The notes beneath the pieces were generated by a model that saw only the letters and a program-made list of their open reading frames with translations, was not told where the DNA came from and ran no database searches. The position numbers and the translations under genes were made by a program. This document shows positions 60,959 through 64,000 of a stretch of 64,000 nt of DNA, piece by piece (position 1 is the first letter of the stretch; each line of letters starts with the position of its first letter). The stretch comes from an uncultured Alphaproteobacteria bacterium (lineage in GTDB: Bacteria; Pseudomonadota; Alphaproteobacteria; HIMB59). The DNA lies in assembly GCA_902599405.1 (NCBI GenBank), contig CACKFO010000002.1:14077-78076 (forward strand). The letters run 5' to 3'.

Positions 60959-61582
60959 TTAAGACAAATCTCTTTGACATATAGAGATAAATTTACCATC
61001 TGAGCTATCTTGTTTCATTAAGCTGATATTAGAGTAATTCAAAGATTTGATTGAGTTATCAAATATTATCTCTTTTGCGATATCTGATACTGAGATATGG
61101 TGATTGTTAAACTCAAATAAATAAGGATATCCCCATATATAATAATATTCCTTTTCTAAAGAAGATAAATTACTAAAACGCTTAAGATCTTTTTGTATTT
61201 CTTCTTGGTTCAGTGTTTTTCTGAATAAGTCGAAATGCCTCATTATATCATTGCACAAAAAATTAAATTTTTCATTTGTGTTCATTTTTAGAACAAAAAC
61301 ATTTTTAATTTTCTTTAAACCTAAAACATTAAATTCGTCTTTATAAGATTTATTCTGATTAGATAAAAAATAATCTTTAAAGGAATTAATGAGTTCTTCC
61401 TCACTATATAGATGACTTAAATAAAAAGGGGCTTTTACAGTATAATGAAGGCCGTACTTAGATAATTCAAGACTATCAAATTTCAAATCATTTTTTAAAA
61501 GTAATTTGTCAACTTGATCAATAAATAATTTATTGGGTATCAGGAAAATTGAGTAGCGAGGAAATTGAATATAATTAACCAT
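60959..61582 (-). CDS. DUF1045 family protein (2H phosphoesterase-like)
   Basis: RYSIF, YGLHYTVKAPF, WGYPYLF..HHISVS. Confidence 0.8.
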   Translation of the reverse strand: MVNYIQFPRYSIFLIPNKLFIDQVDKLLLKNDLKFDSLELSKYGLHYTVKAPFYLSHLYSEEELINSFKDYFLSNQNKSYKDEFNVLGLKKIKNVFVLKMNTNEKFNFLCNDIMRHFDLFRKTLNQEEIQKDLKRFSNLSSLEKEYYYIWGYPYLFEFNNHHISVSDIAKEIIFDNSIKSLNYSNISLMKQDSSDGKFISICQRDLS

Positions 61583-62532
61583 CTGTAAGTTTACTCAAGA
61601 TAAATTTTTGCATCTTTGTTTCTAATAAAAATTTCATTATAAGAATTATAATAACGGTATAAATAAATCTAAAAAATAAAATACCAGAAATATGACTTCC
61701 TAATAACAAAATTAATATTGTATCCTCAATTATGCTATGACATAAGCTTAAAAAAGATAAAGACAGTAAAATATCTTTCTTTGAGATATTATTTTTTCTG
61801 GACTCTTCAATTAAAAAACCTCCACCAAATGAAATCCCCAAAGTTAAGCCAATTAAAACTATATTTGCTACTTTCTCAGACATTCCTAAATAGGATAAAG
61901 GAATTTTCAAAGTATTTATTATGAATTTCCAAATACCAATTGCTTTAAGTATGTTAATTGTTGATATAATAAAAAATATTATTAAAAAAATTAGGAAAAA
62001 ATTTTGAAGTTGAAGAATAGCCCAATCAATATTTGAGACTGTTGCAATCGGGACTTGTAAGATAGAATTATTAGGTTCGTTAAATAAATTATATTTAGTG
62101 AATATTAAATTTAATAATTTTCCAGCTACTACTGCATTCACAAATCTAAAAGTTAAATTAAATACCCAAGAAATTCTTGATTTTTTTTGCTATAGCCACT
62201 TCAATCGGTAGACTATGTGCTATTAATATAATTAATCCTAAAATTGTGGTTTCAGCTATTGTGTAATCAAATATGGCTTGTAAAGAGGCAAAGGCAGCTA
62301 AGCCTGCATAAATGTTTACCAATATAGCAGCCATCCAAACCAATCCTAATGAGCCATCAATACCGATAAAACTGGTTAATGGTTCAAGAAATTTAGCTAA
62401 AAAAGGTATGGCACCTATTAACTCAAGGAGTCTAATAATTATAATAACAGGCAAGATAACTTTGAATAAAATCCAAAAAATTTTAGTGGTTTCTTGAAAT
62501 ATATTTACTAGTATTTTTTTAGATTTTTCCAT
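61575..62532 (-). pseudogene. Gate (nucleoside-recognition) domain membrane protein split by a 1-nt frameshift
   Basis: ORFs 62158-62532 and 61575-62141 join into one 318-aa frame if the T8 run at 62181-62188 is T7; paired HSLPIE and CHSIIEDT motifs. Confidence 0.8.
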
Positions 62533-62575
62533 TATTATTAAAATCGATTATTTTTAATTCTTTATAAAGAAATAA

Positions 62576-64000
62576 ATGATAAGAACAAATAGTTTTGTAA
62601 TAAAAGCCTCATTAACAACCCTAATGGTTTTAATTAGCTTTTTTTGCTTTTATATTAGCTATTCTGATTTTGTAAAAATAAATAATCAATATACTAAAAT
62701 TTATGATGATGTAGATATTAATTATTTCGATAAAAAAAAATTTCAAAAATATTATGATATTATTAGTATTGAAAATCTAGACGACCCAATATTCGACAGA
62801 GAAAAATCAAAAAAATATTTTGAAAATATTACACTTGAAAATTTATCAAATATTTTTGATAAAGACTCAATAAAAAAACAAGATGAAATTAATTTAAAAA
62901 ATCTAGAGGAACTGAAACTTATTGAAGATGAAATAGATAAAGAATTAGAAACAAATTTTAATGAAATTATAGTTTCTAAGGGAGATAGTTTTGCAAAAGT
63001 TTTAAAAAAAGGCGGCCTAAAAGGTAGAGATATAGACTTAGTAATACTCAACGGAAAAGAATATTATGATTTTTCTAAATTGTATATTGGGGATACTGTA
63101 AAAATATTTAGCGAATATGATGCTGATGGATTAGAAATTTTTGATCTTATTTATAAATATTCTGATACCAAAGAATTAATCATATCTTACCTAAATGATA
63201 ATTTTATTTATGAAATTAATGAAATTCCTCTGAATACCGAAGAAATTTTTGTAACTGGAGAAATTAAAACAAGTTTATATAAAGCCATGAAAGATCAAGG
63301 GTTATCTGAAATAGTAATAAATGAAATTATCAGGATTTACAGTTTTGATGTTGACTTTCAAAGAGATATTTATGAAGGTGATAATTTTGAAATGCTATTT
63401 GTCAAAAAGGTAAACAATAACGGTAAGACAATTCAAATCGAAGATCCAAAATACCTAATGCTATCATCAAGAGGCACTCCATTAATTTACTATCTTTATG
63501 ATAATGGGGAATTCAGCGAATATTTTGACGAGAAAGGGAAAGGAATGACAAAAAGCTTAATGAAAACTCCAATTAATGGTGCAAGGCTTAGTTCCAGTTA
63601 TGGTATGAGAAAACATCCTATCTCCGGTTATAATAAAATGCATAAAGGAGTTGATTTTGCTGCCCCAACAGGAACTCCAATTTTTGCTGCTGGAAATGGT
63701 GTTGTAGAGTACGTAGGTAGAAATGGAGGATATGGCAAATATATTAGAATTCGTCATGATGGTACTTATAAAACAGCTTATGCGCATCTTAATGGCTATA
63801 AAAAAGGTATATCAAGTGGTGTGAGAGTTAAGCAAGGTGATGTTATAGGATATGTAGGTTCAACAGGAAAATCGACTGGACCTCATTTACATTATGAAAT
63901 TATTGTTAATGGAAAACAAATCAATCCAGCCACACTTAAACTACCCTCAGGAAGAAAGCTTAACGAACAACAACTAAATGAATTTGAAATATTAGTTTCA
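62576..64000 (+). CDS. M23 family peptidoglycan endopeptidase (MepM-like), runs off the window end (not in ORF track)
   Basis: Open frame from ATG 62576: N-terminal TM, FDVDFQRDI, HKGVDFAAP (HxxxD), TAYAHL, STGPHLHYE. Confidence 0.93.
   Translation, partial: MIRTNSFVIKASLTTLMVLISFFCFYISYSDFVKINNQYTKIYDDVDINYFDKKKFQKYYDIISIENLDDPIFDREKSKKYFENITLENLSNIFDKDSIKKQDEINLKNLEELKLIEDEIDKELETNFNEIIVSKGDSFAKVLKKGGLKGRDIDLVILNGKEYYDFSKLYIGDTVKIFSEYDADGLEIFDLIYKYSDTKELIISYLNDNFIYEINEIPLNTEEIFVTGEIKTSLYKAMKDQGLSEIVINEIIRIYSFDVDFQRDIYEGDNFEMLFVKKVNNNGKTIQIEDPKYLMLSSRGTPLIYYLYDNGEFSEYFDEKGKGMTKSLMKTPINGARLSSSYGMRKHPISGYNKMHKGVDFAAPTGTPIFAAGNGVVEYVGRNGGYGKYIRIRHDGTYKTAYAHLNGYKKGISSGVRVKQGDVIGYVGSTGKSTGPHLHYEIIVNGKQINPATLKLPSGRKLNEQQLNEFEILVS

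Overview
A very AT-rich, densely packed core-genome segment. Gene order (pdxH-fabI-aroC, bamD-recN-ligA, carB-greA-ELM1-trxB, type-B L36) points to a streamlined alphaproteobacterium, most likely SAR11/HIMB59-like (inference). In order: the tuf-secE-nusG-rplK block with tRNAs Trp, Gly, Tyr and Thr; a two-subunit NAD-linked formate dehydrogenase with a LysR regulator and Mo/W-cofactor genes; housekeeping genes; a truncated, strongly diverged dcw cluster; RNase P RNA; bamD-recN-ligA, uvrD, mlaAC, tRNA-Ile2, rpoD-dnaG, carAB, greA and trxB; then an envelope block with an orphan MotA/MotB-like pair, a PagL-like protein, tRNA-Val, murJ, a DsbA-like protein, a frameshifted Gate-domain gene and a partial M23 peptidase. 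I found three CDSs missing from the ORF track (DUF2256-like, rpmJ, M23). No CRISPR array, integrase, transposase or prophage is visible. The best candidate for an uncharacterised system is the stator-like MotA/MotB pair with a long coiled-coil stalk. All calls come from reading motifs by eye; no searches were run.
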